Source: Patescibacteria group bacterium
GTDB taxonomy: Bacteria > Patescibacteriota > Microgenomatia > UBA1400 > PJMF01
Length of the DNA: 59,743 nt
Assembly (NCBI GenBank): GCA_045541795.1
Contig: JAZQJV010000017.1
Coordinates: 1 to 59,743 of the forward strand
Direction of reading: 5' to 3'
The notes beneath the pieces were generated by a model. It worked only from the letters and a program-made list of their open reading frames with translations, made no database searches and had not been told where the DNA came from. This document shows, piece after piece, positions 1 to 9,374 of the stretch. Made by a program: the position numbers and the translations under genes. Position 1 is the stretch's first letter; each line of letters begins with the position of its first letter.

Positions 1-63
1 TGCCCTCCCCTCTGGCTGCACCTGCGGTGCGCCTGTTTCCCCTCCAAAGGGGAGAAGTTCTTA

Positions 64-303
64 CTAGTTGAGGCGGGTGATGCGAGCATAACCGTTTCCC
101 GATTTACTACAATCCGCCGTCGCGCTCACACACGTATTTGACTGGGTGCGGGTAGCGTCGGCGGTAGAAGTGGTACAATTGTAGCAGGTCATGTGCTTGG
201 TGATGTCAGCCGCGGAAAAAGAATTTTTGTCAAGCCAAAATTGTATACATTTTGTACTCAAAATGCCACACGCTACTGTGCGGATGCCACACAAAAGGTG
301 CAA
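64..303 (-). CDS. Small hypothetical ORF, possibly a gene remnant. The C-terminus ...SKSGNGYARITRLN resembles the end of glycine-rich-domain proteins.
   Basis: Only from the ORF track. Its 5' part overlaps the TGCCACAC repeat array. An internal ATG (MTCYNC...) lies downstream of a TTGACA box on the minus strand. Confidence 0.2.
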   Translation of the reverse strand: MHLLCGIRTVACGILSTKCIQFWLDKNSFSAADITKHMTCYNCTTSTADATRTQSNTCVSATADCSKSGNGYARITRLN

Positions 304-381
304 AATGCCACACAGTTTATGATATATTTACCAGGCGAAAATGCAAAAGTAATGCCACACGTGTAGCATTTCGTGCCACAC
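264..381 (+). repeat. Five same-orientation copies of TGCCACAC (consensus AATGCCACAC). Iteron-like array of protein-binding sites.
   Basis: Copies at 264-271, 285-292, 306-313, 353-360 and 374-381. Spacings are 21, 21, 47 and 21 bp. Confidence 0.7.
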
Positions 382-444
382 AAAATGAAAGATTACCTGT
401 AAAACGGAATTTTTGTTGATCCTAGGATCTGACTACATTTAGCC

Positions 445-1482
445 TCAAAACTGCGCCAAAAATTTCAAATTGCCGTTGTAAAAATCGCGGATGTCATCAA
501 TATTGATGTGATCCTGGAGTGTGTAAGTGCGCTCTATCCCCCAGCCAAAAGCAAAGCCGGAATATTTTTCTGGATCAAGACCGCAGGCCGTAAGGACATT
601 GGGATGCACCATCCCAGCGCCGCCGACTTCATGCCAGCCGCTTTTGCAAAATTTGCATTTATCACCACTGGGTAGGATGCCAGTGCCGCCACATAGGTGG
701 CAGGAAAAGTCAATTTCAAAACTTGGCTCGGTGAATTGGAAATGAAACGGCCGGATACGGCTCTTGGTGCCTGGTCCATAAAACTCACGGGCAAAGAAAT
801 CTAATACACCTTTGAGATGAGTGATGTTGACGTCACGATCGATCATCAAACCCTCAAATTGGTGAAACATCTGGGTGTGAGTGACGTCTTGTTGACGGCG
901 GTAGGTGCGGGTGATATTAATCATGCGGATGGGCGGTTCTTTTAGGCGCAGCATTTCGTGGACTTGGCCATTGGAGGTGTGCGGAGTAAGGACCCAGCGG
1001 ATGTTTTTTGCTCCAGGCTCGCCTGGATGATGGACAAAAAATGTCTCCCATTCGTCACGAGCGGGGTGCCCGGGCGCCATATTGAGCCGGCCAAAAACAT
1101 TTTCGTCATCATCTAATTCCGGATGGCGTACCCGGATGAAGCCGAGACGGGAAAAAATGTCTACAATTTTTTCGGTGGCCTGCGAGACCGGATGGAGGTG
1201 GCCTACGGGTTCATCGGCTGGCGGCAAGGTGTAATCAAGCGTGGGCGTCTGTGTCGCCGGGCGAGTTTTTTCGTGAGCGGCGGCCAATTCTTCCAGAGCG
1301 TTTTTGAGCTCATTAAGCCCCCGGCCGGCGGCTTTTTTGTCTTCTACTTGTTTGATTTGGGCGGAGATTTGGTTAAAAAGGCCCTTTTTGCCGAGATATT
1401 TGGTCCGAAAGTCTTTCGTGTCATCTTGCTCAGCTTGGGCGCGTAAATCTGTCAAAAGTTTGGTAAATTCTTTTTGTGTCAT
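445..1482 (-). CDS. pheS: Phenylalanine--tRNA ligase alpha subunit
   Basis: 345 aa with class II aaRS core motifs (FRxxxxxxH..., FEIDFSC..CxGxG...GWHEVGGAGMVHPNVL, AFGWGIERT). On the coding strand TGGTATAAT ends 6 nt before the ATG. Confidence 0.95.
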   Translation of the reverse strand: MTQKEFTKLLTDLRAQAEQDDTKDFRTKYLGKKGLFNQISAQIKQVEDKKAAGRGLNELKNALEELAAAHEKTRPATQTPTLDYTLPPADEPVGHLHPVSQATEKIVDIFSRLGFIRVRHPELDDDENVFGRLNMAPGHPARDEWETFFVHHPGEPGAKNIRWVLTPHTSNGQVHEMLRLKEPPIRMINITRTYRRQQDVTHTQMFHQFEGLMIDRDVNITHLKGVLDFFAREFYGPGTKSRIRPFHFQFTEPSFEIDFSCHLCGGTGILPSGDKCKFCKSGWHEVGGAGMVHPNVLTACGLDPEKYSGFAFGWGIERTYTLQDHINIDDIRDFYNGNLKFLAQF

Positions 1483-1529
1483 ATCTATATTATACCATAT
1501 AAATGAGTATTTTGCCGGGTGAATGTAAA

Positions 1530-1552
1530 ATGGCCCTGCGATGCAGAGCCAT
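1530..1552 (-). terminator. Imperfect hairpin between the small gene 1577-1780 and pheS; weak intrinsic terminator
   Basis: ATGGC-C-CTGC GAT GCAG-A-GCCAT. On the minus strand it is followed by TTTTAC. Confidence 0.35.
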
Positions 1553-1576
1553 CTATTTTTGCTTTATGAGCGAAGC

Positions 1577-1780
1577 TTAAGCTTCGCGTTTGAGCACCGG
1601 CATACCGGTACGCACGGTTTCTACCACTTTGTAACCTTCTGGCACAGTCTCGAGGCTGCCATCACGGACGTCTTTGGCGAAGTAGTAAATGCGTTGTTTA
1701 CGGCCGTTTTTGAGGGTGACCTCTTTGGTGTGTAAGAAATATTCAATTCCTTTTTTGTTGGTGTAGCTAAATGCTGACAT
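1577..1780 (-). CDS. Small hypothetical protein (67 aa from the internal ATG)
   Basis: The ORF continues to 1813, but AAGGTG precedes the ATG at 1780 (MSAFSYTNKKGIEYFLH...). The composition looks protein-like. Confidence 0.55.
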   Translation of the reverse strand: MSAFSYTNKKGIEYFLHTKEVTLKNGRKQRIYYFAKDVRDGSLETVPEGYKVVETVRTGMPVLKREA

Positions 1781-1833
1781 TTCACCTTTCTGTGAGCGGA
1801 GTATCCCACTCAATATTATTACTGTCCTCGAGT

Positions 1834-2382
1834 TTACTCCTGTGACTCCTGGTTGTCAAGAGGCAAATTGTCAGTTTCGCTGATGGAGGCTTCGGGAGGA
1901 TTGATTGTTCCGGTCAAAATTACGTTTTCACCATCACGAATTTCGACAGTGAGTGGCAAAGAATTGACTGAGAGTGAGTGAGAAGCGATCAGTCCACCTT
2001 TGGTGTCAGCGAGCGTACCGATGTCTTGAGCTTGGTCGCTGTCTGCTGTCTTGATGAAGACGTGATACTGCGTGCCAGCGGTGGTGTCGAGGTTGGCGTT
2101 GACAGAAAACAGCACTCGATCATCGACGATCTGATAACGGATCTCGCCGACAGCATTGCGACCGGCAGCATCGAGGTTGACGGCTTGATAGTCACCAAGG
2201 CCTTGAGCGAGGCGATCGAGAGCGGCGCGGTCATCATTGGTCATGGGATTGATCGGAGCGCTAGAAGCGACTTCTGGCATATTGACTTCGGTCAGTTCCC
2301 GAGAACGGTACCAACGCATACCGAGGAAAGCGACCAGAGCAAGTGCCGCTATAGGCAATATTATCGGTAAATATTTTTTCAT
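1834..2382 (-). CDS. Membrane-anchored or secreted hypothetical protein
   Basis: N-terminal hydrophobic helix (MKKYLPIILPIAALALVAFLG) followed by a soluble domain. An SD-like GAAAGG lies upstream. Confidence 0.7.
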   Translation of the reverse strand: MKKYLPIILPIAALALVAFLGMRWYRSRELTEVNMPEVASSAPINPMTNDDRAALDRLAQGLGDYQAVNLDAAGRNAVGEIRYQIVDDRVLFSVNANLDTTAGTQYHVFIKTADSDQAQDIGTLADTKGGLIASHSLSVNSLPLTVEIRDGENVILTGTINPPEASISETDNLPLDNQESQE

Positions 2383-2501
2383 AACTAAATTTACCTTTCT
2401 GTATCATTTTTCTTGTTAATACAGCTTATTTTCCACATTTTGGACAATTTGTCAAGAGGCAATTTGTGGCTTTTTGGGGTAAAAAGTCAATTTAGCTTGA
2501 T

Positions 2502-3215
2502 TTAGGGGCAAAAAAATTGCTCTATGGTGATTTGAGACTGCTGGACGCCGCGCTCGGTCTGCAGATATTTAATAGTACTCTCAAGCATTAGCGGGCTGCC
2601 ACACAAGTAATAATGGGCGGCAGGATGCAGATCCTCTTTTGTTAATATATCGGCTACGTAACCAGTGGCGAGTTGCCAGTTTTCGTCAGGCTTGGAGACC
2701 GCGGGCAGAAAGCGGAAATTGGGGAAGTGATTTTGGATGGCTTGGATTTCGTTTAGCCAAAAAAACTCGCTGGCATAGCTGACATTCCAGATCAGGGTGA
2801 TCGGACGAGTGGTCTGGCGGATCTGGAGTTGGTCGGTGATGATCGCCAGGAAAGGAGAGATGCCCGAGCCGGTGGCGAGTAAATAAATCGGGCCGTCGCC
2901 ATGTGTTGGCTCGACTGTAAGCTTGCCTAGAGGACCTAAACAGTTAATTTGGTCGCCTAGATGAAGGTTTTTGATATAGTTGACTCCTAGACCATTGGGA
3001 GCGGTATCGAGGATGATTTCAAAACTAGTATCGACGTCTGGCCGGTCACACATGGAATAGGCACGCATTTTGCCCTTCCCCACCGCGATCATCATATATT
3101 GGCCGGCTTGATTGTGGAGGTGCGTCCCTTCGAGGTCAAAGCGGTACCAAAAGTAACGTTCATTAAGTTGGTTAAAATTGCTCAGTTTTGCAGTCATTTT
3201 TTGTGGTATAATCAT
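2502..3215 (-). CDS. FAD/NAD(P)-binding oxidoreductase of the ferredoxin-NADP reductase / PyrK-like family
   Basis: RAYSM (RxYS FAD motif) and LLATGSGISPF (GxGxxP NAD(P) motif). TGCTATAAT ends 8 nt before the ATG. Confidence 0.8.
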   Translation of the reverse strand: MIIPQKMTAKLSNFNQLNERYFWYRFDLEGTHLHNQAGQYMMIAVGKGKMRAYSMCDRPDVDTSFEIILDTAPNGLGVNYIKNLHLGDQINCLGPLGKLTVEPTHGDGPIYLLATGSGISPFLAIITDQLQIRQTTRPITLIWNVSYASEFFWLNEIQAIQNHFPNFRFLPAVSKPDENWQLATGYVADILTKEDLHPAAHYYLCGSPLMLESTIKYLQTERGVQQSQITIEQFFCP

Positions 3216-3261
3216 AGAACTTGATTATAGCACAGATCTTTGAAAAATGTGTGAGTAATTT

Positions 3262-3338
3262 GGCCGCATGGCTCAGTTGGTTAGAGCGTTCGATTCACAT
3301 TCGAGAGGTCCTAGGTTCGAATCCTAGTGCGGCCACCA
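3262..3338 (+). tRNA. tRNA-Val (anticodon CAC), CCA encoded
   Basis: Manual cloverleaf: acceptor GGCCGCA/TGCGGCC, D arm GCTC..GAGC, anticodon loop TTCACAT, T arm CCTAG GTTCGAATC CTAGT, 3' ACCA. Confidence 0.9.
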
Positions 3339-3390
3339 CATTTTTTCCAGTTTTTTAGTCAAATGATTTTTGTGTGAGTGTTTGACGGAT

Positions 3391-3470
3391 GTTAAACAAA
3401 TGTTGAACAAATGTTTAACACGTACATCTGGAAAAAGTGAACAAACGAAGAACAAATGTGGACAAATGGT
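3391..3470 (+). promoter_or_regulatory. Array of AACAAATG-type direct repeats upstream of the giant surface-protein promoter
   Basis: AACAAATGTT at 3395 and 3406, AACAAACG at 3440, AACAAATGTG at 3451, GACAAATGGT at 3461. The first pair sits inside the inverted repeat GTTAAACA (3391-3398) / TGTTTAAC (3412-3419). Confidence 0.55.
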
Positions 3471-3487
3471 GACGTAAAAATTGCTGC

Positions 3488-3516
3488 TTGACAAAAATGT
3501 TTGCGTGTGATATACT
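3488..3516 (+). promoter_or_regulatory. Sigma-70-type promoter for the surface-protein gene
   Basis: TTGACA (3488-3493), 17 nt spacer, TGaTATACT (-10 at 3511-3516). Confidence 0.6.
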
Positions 3517-3612
3517 TGAGTTTGAAGTTAGAAAAACGCTTCGCGACTAGGCGAAAAAAAGCGGGAAAACGGCCGCATTTTTTTTCTTAGAGCGCACATA
3601 AGTAAAAAGTAC

Positions 3613-6600
3613 ATGAGAGGACAGATCATGTCTAAAGGGAAATTATCTAGTGGAGATTTGGCGACGTGGGGATTTTTGGTGATGGCAGTGGTGACGCTGC
3701 TGAGCACAGGAATGGTAGCGAAGGTGGTGTTCCCTGATGGTGTGATCACTGACGTGCGAGCAGATAATACTATCAGTGAGACTAGTTTTACTGGCACGCT
3801 GGGAGAAATCAATGAATTTTTGGCTGACGTGAGAACTAATACTGACGGGAAGAAAATTTCCGAGCTGGAATTAGCAGACAATGTAACGATTAACCTGACT
3901 GTCAGCGACGTAGTGTTAACTTCACAAATTAATAGTATCCTGACGGAGCGGTTTGGTGGCAGCTTGGAGGCTTTAAACAAGATTAAAACTGTCAATATTG
4001 CCTTTTCCCAGGGTGTCCATTATGATGCTGATATTACTAGCAGCTATCGCGAGGATAGCGTGAGTGTAACCGCTAATTATTCCGGGGCAGTGATTTATCT
4101 TTTTGTGCCGACGCCGGATAAAGCTTTGGCTACACAAATGCAGACTTACGTGAATCAAGCAGACAATTGGTCACAGGCAACGGCTGTACAGATCCGAGCC
4201 AATGATACTACTGGTCGCTATAATATGGCCAAAAATGATGATACTTATATCATGAATGCTGTTACCAATGATGATGCAAGCGCTTGTAGCGTATCACTGG
4301 CTGGTGCGATTGCTGATTACCAGAAAGTGACGAGTGCAATTACAGATAAAAAATTTGTTTTGTCGCTAGCTGGTACCAAATGTAGTGATGACGGTGTGGC
4401 GTCAATTTCTACGGATGCACAGCTAAATTCTTTGGCCTTGAACGTTTTTGAAAACACTTCTGCTGACAAAGTGAAGGAAATTGCCCAAAGTGCCGCGAGT
4501 GCAAATCAAGCGCTTTATGTGGGCGCTGGTGATTACACTGTACAGCTGGCTGCTGGCGACAGTGCGGCTACTATTAGTAATGTCTATGCGGATGTGGAAG
4601 AGTTAACTGTGACTGAAATGGCTGATTTGGCGAGCGCCATCGGTGTGAGCGCAACGGCTGTGGAGACGACAGAAACTGGTTTCCAATCTGACTACAAGGT
4701 TTCAGTAGATGGTGAGACGGTCAGTGTAGAAATTTTGAATGAAAACGTCAACGTGGCTGATGTGGCTGCCAATCTGGGTACGCTCACCAGCGTATCGCTG
4801 AAAAAAGGCACACAGACCGTGACGGTGTCTACTGACGAGACTGATAAAGTGGCGGCGGTGACAATCGGTGGCGTGCCGACGTATTACGGGAGTTTTGCGG
4901 AGGCATTGATAGCGATTGACGGTGTCGCCACTAGTACGGTGACTTTGCTTAACAATACCACATTTGCTGGGAGTTGGGTTTTTGATAGCGGCAGGATTGC
5001 TGTTGATTTGAATGGTAAAACACTGACTTACACTGGTAATTCGTCTACTGTTTTCCAAGTTAATCAAGGGGCACATTTGTCATTTGTCAATAATGATTCT
5101 ACTGATGGTAGTTTGGGTAAGATTGTGGATACAAACGATAATCATCCAAGCGTGTTCTTCCGCATTTATGGGAGCAGCGTTAGCACAGATGCTAATGTCT
5201 CATCTTTGAGTTTTGGCGCTAATACACAAGTGGAATCATATGCCGGTTGGATTGTAGTGGTAGGTCCAGTAGAGAAAAAGGCGTATGGCGCAGTGGTGAA
5301 TATTGATGGTGAGTTGATCGGTAAAGGAGTTAATTGTGGTGTCATCACCATACATGGCAATATCAGTGACAGTAGCAGTGCCATTGGTACAGCAGCAGAC
5401 GGAAGTGACACTACTGCAGCTAAGGTTTATATTAATGATGGAGCGGTATTGACAAATAATGCTGGCTCTGGTTCGGTAGCTGCTTATAGTGCTGGTTCTG
5501 GCTTGTGGATATTTGGTGATGCCAGTTTGCATGGTTATGATAACGCTTTTGAAATTCGATCCGGTACGGCTAGAATTAATGGCGGTAATTTCATAGCTGA
5601 TGCCATCCCCGCTTTTTCCACTCTTAACAATAGCGGCACAACTTCGCAGGGCGCGGCTATCGCGATCGCTCAATATGGTAATTCACCTATCGACGTAACC
5701 GTAACTGGCGGCGTGTTTAGTGCCTATACACCGGTGTACGAAAGCGACCCGAACGGCACGACTACTGTGACTGCAGAAAACACCAAACTGGCTTTTAAGG
5801 GTGGCTATTATGAAGTCATCAATGGTGGTGATAAAAGTGTTTATAGTCAGGATTTAACTAAATTCCTCACCGGCGGCACTTACTCCGTCGCTCCAAACGT
5901 CGCTTACCTTGCTGATAGTTATATCAATCACGATAACGGCGACGGCACGTACACGGTGATGCATGCTTACGACTCGGTATCAGCGGCGATCACCGCTCTC
6001 GCTGGTGATAGTAGTGAAGACTTGCCAGCGGTAAAAGTAGTCACGAGTGACACTGACAGCGCAGAAAACAACGCCCTGGTGGCAAAAGACAGCGGCTATT
6101 ACCGTGTGGAAGCGGCAGAAGCCGGCATGAGTGCGGCGCTGGCGATGGCTAATAGTTTGATCGAAACCAATCCGGTAGATGTACTCAAGGCGACAATTGC
6201 TTATGCTCAGCTCGATGGCAACATCGTCAATGTGCAAGCAGCTTCAGATGACAACAGCAAGCGGGAGATTAATGTCTCCATCAGCAATGAAAGCACACAA
6301 AGCTTGCCGAGTGTGAGTGATGCCTGGCACATCGCTGCTACTGATCAGATCAATGAGGCTGTCAGCACGATCAGCTTTGAAAAGAATAGTGAAGCGGTGA
6401 CGGTTTACCTGGACAAAAAGAAAGTAGTGACGCAGATGAGCGAGCCGACTTTGACGACGGCTTTGGCGCAATACCAGGCAGCAGCCACGAGTGAAGCGCA
6501 AGTGGCGGTGGACTATTACCGCACGCAGCCAAACGACATGAACGGCAACACGATCACTCATTTCGTCTCACTGAAGGCTGACGGCGACAAGATCAAAGCC

Positions 6601-7977
6601 GAAATGCATGCTTCCAGCCTGGCTGAGGCGCTGGCTGCTTATGAGACTTTGAGCAGTGAGCTGCGCGCCAAGGTGAAGTTTACCTGCAGCGATGACACAA
6701 GTGATGGTCTGACGTATGAGATCGCCACCGATAGCGATGGTAAGGTGTCTATCACTGATACCACCAGTGCCGCCAATGATGATATTGGCAGTGTTTTTGC
6801 CAGTTTCCTGGCGATTGGCGAGAAATTGGGCAGCGACGTCCAGAGTTCCGTCCAAATCGTGGATGAAGAGGGTAAATTTACCATCCTCCTGATGCCGCAA
6901 AACTGTGGTGATACTACTTACTGTTCTGATGATTTTGCCGGGCAAGTCTTGGTGATGACCTCAGGTACGCCGGCAGCGGCGCAGACTTTGGTGGAGAGCA
7001 TCAAGGCTGCCAATGCCAATGCTTCTTTCATCATGATGGTGTCTACTACCAGTCAGACAGTCGCTGATGCTGGCTTGGCTCGCTTATGGTCATTTATCCG
7101 GCCAGTACAGGCCGCCGAGGCAAGTTACTACGGCGTGGAAGTGGTAAACGGTACCACGCAAGCAGTCTTGGTCACGGCAGTGGATGCGAGCACAGACACT
7201 TATTTGTCTACTCATGCCACCTCGAGCGTGAAGCTGATCGAGGACAACTCACAGACTGCCACTCAAGTAAACTTGGTGAGCGCGCATGAAGATCAAGAAG
7301 TAGTGAAAGCGGCATTGGCGGCTTTCCAGCAAAATGTCAGGACAGCGAGCGCGACGCTGACCGGTAAGGATTTTGTCGCCACCAATGATGACTCTGGCAA
7401 GCTGACGAGCGTTGCTTTCTCTGGTGACATCACTCTGGATGAGGTAAAAGTACTCATGGCAGCTACTTCTGACAGCGTGACGGTGACGCTTGGCGGCCAG
7501 ACTTACACTTTTGTAAATGGTCAGCTGTACGTGAGCACCCCCAGCAGCCCAGCCGGCACCAATGATGCTAATGACCGTCATGCCAGCGGTGACAATGTGC
7601 CCAACGAAGCCGCTCCACAGGGTTGTCATGACACTGTCCCGGCAGGCGTCGCGGATGTCTTCCAGATTGATCGCCAAGGCAGTAAGGCAACGATCTATTT
7701 TGCCCCAATTCCTGGCGCGCACAATTATCACGTGGTCTTTGGTCATCAGGCGGGTGACGAGCGTTATGGTGGTATTGCCATGAGCGCCGATGATGTCTCC
7801 GGTGTGTTGGCAATCGACGTGACCAACCTTGAGCCCAGTCAGCAGTATTCATTTAAGATCGCTCCGGTGAACGGTTGCGCAGTGGGCAGCTGGAGTAATT
7901 GGCTCACAGCCAAGGGTGTCGCGCGCTATGGTAAGACCGTCACTAAGACTTACCGCTATACGGGCAGCACCAAATAA
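3613..7977 (+). CDS. Giant cell-surface protein (1454 aa; putative adhesin)
   Basis: A single long ORF. It has an N-terminal TM/signal helix (WGFLVMAVVTLLSTGMV), long T/S/A/V/D/N-rich beta-type segments, and a C-terminal FN3-like module (HNYHVVFG...SQQYSFKIAPVNGCAVGSWSNW). An alternative start at ATG 3628 follows GAGAGG. Confidence 0.85.
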   Translation: MRGQIMSKGKLSSGDLATWGFLVMAVVTLLSTGMVAKVVFPDGVITDVRADNTISETSFTGTLGEINEFLADVRTNTDGKKISELELADNVTINLTVSDVVLTSQINSILTERFGGSLEALNKIKTVNIAFSQGVHYDADITSSYREDSVSVTANYSGAVIYLFVPTPDKALATQMQTYVNQADNWSQATAVQIRANDTTGRYNMAKNDDTYIMNAVTNDDASACSVSLAGAIADYQKVTSAITDKKFVLSLAGTKCSDDGVASISTDAQLNSLALNVFENTSADKVKEIAQSAASANQALYVGAGDYTVQLAAGDSAATISNVYADVEELTVTEMADLASAIGVSATAVETTETGFQSDYKVSVDGETVSVEILNENVNVADVAANLGTLTSVSLKKGTQTVTVSTDETDKVAAVTIGGVPTYYGSFAEALIAIDGVATSTVTLLNNTTFAGSWVFDSGRIAVDLNGKTLTYTGNSSTVFQVNQGAHLSFVNNDSTDGSLGKIVDTNDNHPSVFFRIYGSSVSTDANVSSLSFGANTQVESYAGWIVVVGPVEKKAYGAVVNIDGELIGKGVNCGVITIHGNISDSSSAIGTAADGSDTTAAKVYINDGAVLTNNAGSGSVAAYSAGSGLWIFGDASLHGYDNAFEIRSGTARINGGNFIADAIPAFSTLNNSGTTSQGAAIAIAQYGNSPIDVTVTGGVFSAYTPVYESDPNGTTTVTAENTKLAFKGGYYEVINGGDKSVYSQDLTKFLTGGTYSVAPNVAYLADSYINHDNGDGTYTVMHAYDSVSAAITALAGDSSEDLPAVKVVTSDTDSAENNALVAKDSGYYRVEAAEAGMSAALAMANSLIETNPVDVLKATIAYAQLDGNIVNVQAASDDNSKREINVSISNESTQSLPSVSDAWHIAATDQINEAVSTISFEKNSEAVTVYLDKKKVVTQMSEPTLTTALAQYQAAATSEAQVAVDYYRTQPNDMNGNTITHFVSLKADGDKIKAEMHASSLAEALAAYETLSSELRAKVKFTCSDDTSDGLTYEIATDSDGKVSITDTTSAANDDIGSVFASFLAIGEKLGSDVQSSVQIVDEEGKFTILLMPQNCGDTTYCSDDFAGQVLVMTSGTPAAAQTLVESIKAANANASFIMMVSTTSQTVADAGLARLWSFIRPVQAAEASYYGVEVVNGTTQAVLVTAVDASTDTYLSTHATSSVKLIEDNSQTATQVNLVSAHEDQEVVKAALAAFQQNVRTASATLTGKDFVATNDDSGKLTSVAFSGDITLDEVKVLMAATSDSVTVTLGGQTYTFVNGQLYVSTPSSPAGTNDANDRHASGDNVPNEAAPQGCHDTVPAGVADVFQIDRQGSKATIYFAPIPGAHNYHVVFGHQAGDERYGGIAMSADDVSGVLAIDVTNLEPSQQYSFKIAPVNGCAVGSWSNWLTAKGVARYGKTVTKTYRYTGSTK

Positions 7978-8021
7978 TTTTTGACACTTACTTTAAAGGC
8001 TCTACAGTTTTTAGATGTGAT

Positions 8022-8052
8022 AAACCCCTCCAGAGTGAGGGGTTTATATTTT
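8022..8052 (+). terminator. Intrinsic terminator after the giant surface-protein gene
   Basis: AAACCCCTC cagagt GAGGGGTTT followed by ATATTTT. Confidence 0.8.
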
Positions 8053-8092
8053 GGCGGGCAAAATTGGTCATTTTTCGTGTATAATACAAGGT

Positions 8093-8953
8093 ATGCTGAT
8101 CGTCACACACCAAAAACCAGATCTTGATGCTATTGCCAGTTCTTGGCTTTTAGTTCGCTTTGATGCCCAACATTACAGCGGCAGTCGGATTACTTTTGTG
8201 CCGGCGGGTACGAGTTTGCCAGATGAAGCGGCGGCCAAAATGGGCTATACGCCCGAGCAAGTCACGCATGTGGATACGGGCAAAGGCCGTTTTGATCATC
8301 ACATGAGTGAGCGCGCGGGGCGCGAGTATTCGGCGACGTCACTGGTTTATCAATATTTGCTGCAAATTCACCCGGAGTATCAAGCAGATGCGGCTTTGCG
8401 TCAGCTAAGCGACATCGTGACGGAAATAGACCATTTTGGTGAGGTTTTTTGGCCAGATGCCAATAATCCGCGCTATGAATTCATGTTGCATCAGATTTTG
8501 GACGCGATGGACTCTACGCCAACTCATGATGACCAGTATCAAGTGGAGCTCGGGCACCGGTTGCTAGACTTTGTCTACCAGAGCCTCAAAGCCCACCTCA
8601 AAGCCAGCGAAAAGCTGGCCGAAGGGATTACTTTTCCCCTCAAAACTGGCGGCGAGGCCTTTGCGATTGAGACGGGTAATGAAGAAGTGGTGAGTGTGGC
8701 GCAAAAAGCCGGTTACATTTTGGTGATAAAAAAAGACGCTAACACCGGTCATATTCGGATTAAGGCTCGGCCGGATGCGCCTTTTGAGCTATCTGAGCTT
8801 TATACGCTCATCCAAACAGCCGACCAGACGGGGACGTGGTTTTATCATCCGGGCGGCAAAATGCTTTTAAACGGCTCGAAAAAAAGCGGAGTGCATGCCC
8901 CCTCTCCCCTGACCCTGGAGCAAGTAGTGATCATGGCAAAAAAAGTGTTGTAA
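8093..8953 (+). CDS. DHH-family phosphoesterase-like protein
   Basis: HQKPDLDAIAS (DxD motif) and GRFDHHM (DHH motif). TATAAT at 8080-8085 lies 7 nt before ATG 8093. The TTG at 8051 in the ORF track lies upstream of that -10 box. Confidence 0.65.
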   Translation: MLIVTHQKPDLDAIASSWLLVRFDAQHYSGSRITFVPAGTSLPDEAAAKMGYTPEQVTHVDTGKGRFDHHMSERAGREYSATSLVYQYLLQIHPEYQADAALRQLSDIVTEIDHFGEVFWPDANNPRYEFMLHQILDAMDSTPTHDDQYQVELGHRLLDFVYQSLKAHLKASEKLAEGITFPLKTGGEAFAIETGNEEVVSVAQKAGYILVIKKDANTGHIRIKARPDAPFELSELYTLIQTADQTGTWFYHPGGKMLLNGSKKSGVHAPSPLTLEQVVIMAKKVL

Positions 8954-8965
8954 AAAGGAGTTTTT

Positions 8966-9325
8966 ATGGCAGAAAAAACGATTTTTGAAAAAATCCGTGA
9001 TCGAGAGATCCCAGCGACTTTTGAATATGAAGATGATGACGTGATGGCTTTCCGGGATGCTTACCCGGCAGCACCGGTGCACGTGTTGATTGTCCCCAAA
9101 AAAGCCTACGCTACGCTAGAACAAATCCCGCTTGATGATCCTATCCAGGCGAAATTAATCCGGATTGCTCGGGAAATGGCGGCTAAGCTTGGTATTTCGC
9201 AAAATTATCGTCTGACGATGAATGTGGGTGCTGGGATGCAGCAGGTCCCGCACGTACATTTACACTTGCAGGGCGGTTGGAAAGCGCCCCGCCCGGATGA
9301 TCCGGAGTCAACTAAAATGAACTAA
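8966..9325 (+). CDS. HIT-family (histidine triad) nucleotide hydrolase
   Basis: HVHLHLQGG histidine-triad motif, about 119 aa. AAAGGAG precedes the ATG. Confidence 0.9.
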   Translation: MAEKTIFEKIRDREIPATFEYEDDDVMAFRDAYPAAPVHVLIVPKKAYATLEQIPLDDPIQAKLIRIAREMAAKLGISQNYRLTMNVGAGMQQVPHVHLHLQGGWKAPRPDDPESTKMN

Positions 9326-9374
9326 GTAAAATTGCCTGCAAAATTGCTATATTTTGTGGTATAATACAAGTCTT

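Noticed and set aside
264-381. Sigma-54 (-24/-12) promoter reading of the TGGCAC boxes on the minus strand
   Set aside because: In TGGCACGAAATGCT the GG-to-GC distance is about 9 nt instead of the required 12. The motif repeats five times, which fits binding sites and not a promoter.
527-1522. ORFs overlapping pheS (527-745, 534-794, 1123-1446, 1304-1522)
   Set aside because: These are frame shadows of a confidently identified pheS, and no independent signals support them.
3528-7852. Many 60-165-aa ORFs, mostly antisense plus two in alternative sense frames, within the giant surface-protein gene (for example 3528-3995, 4702-5076, 5236-5673, 6568-6945, 7249-7746)
   Set aside because: They lie entirely inside one continuous 1454-codon ORF. 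They have low-complexity or Arg/Ser/Cys-rich shadow-frame composition and no promoter or RBS signals.
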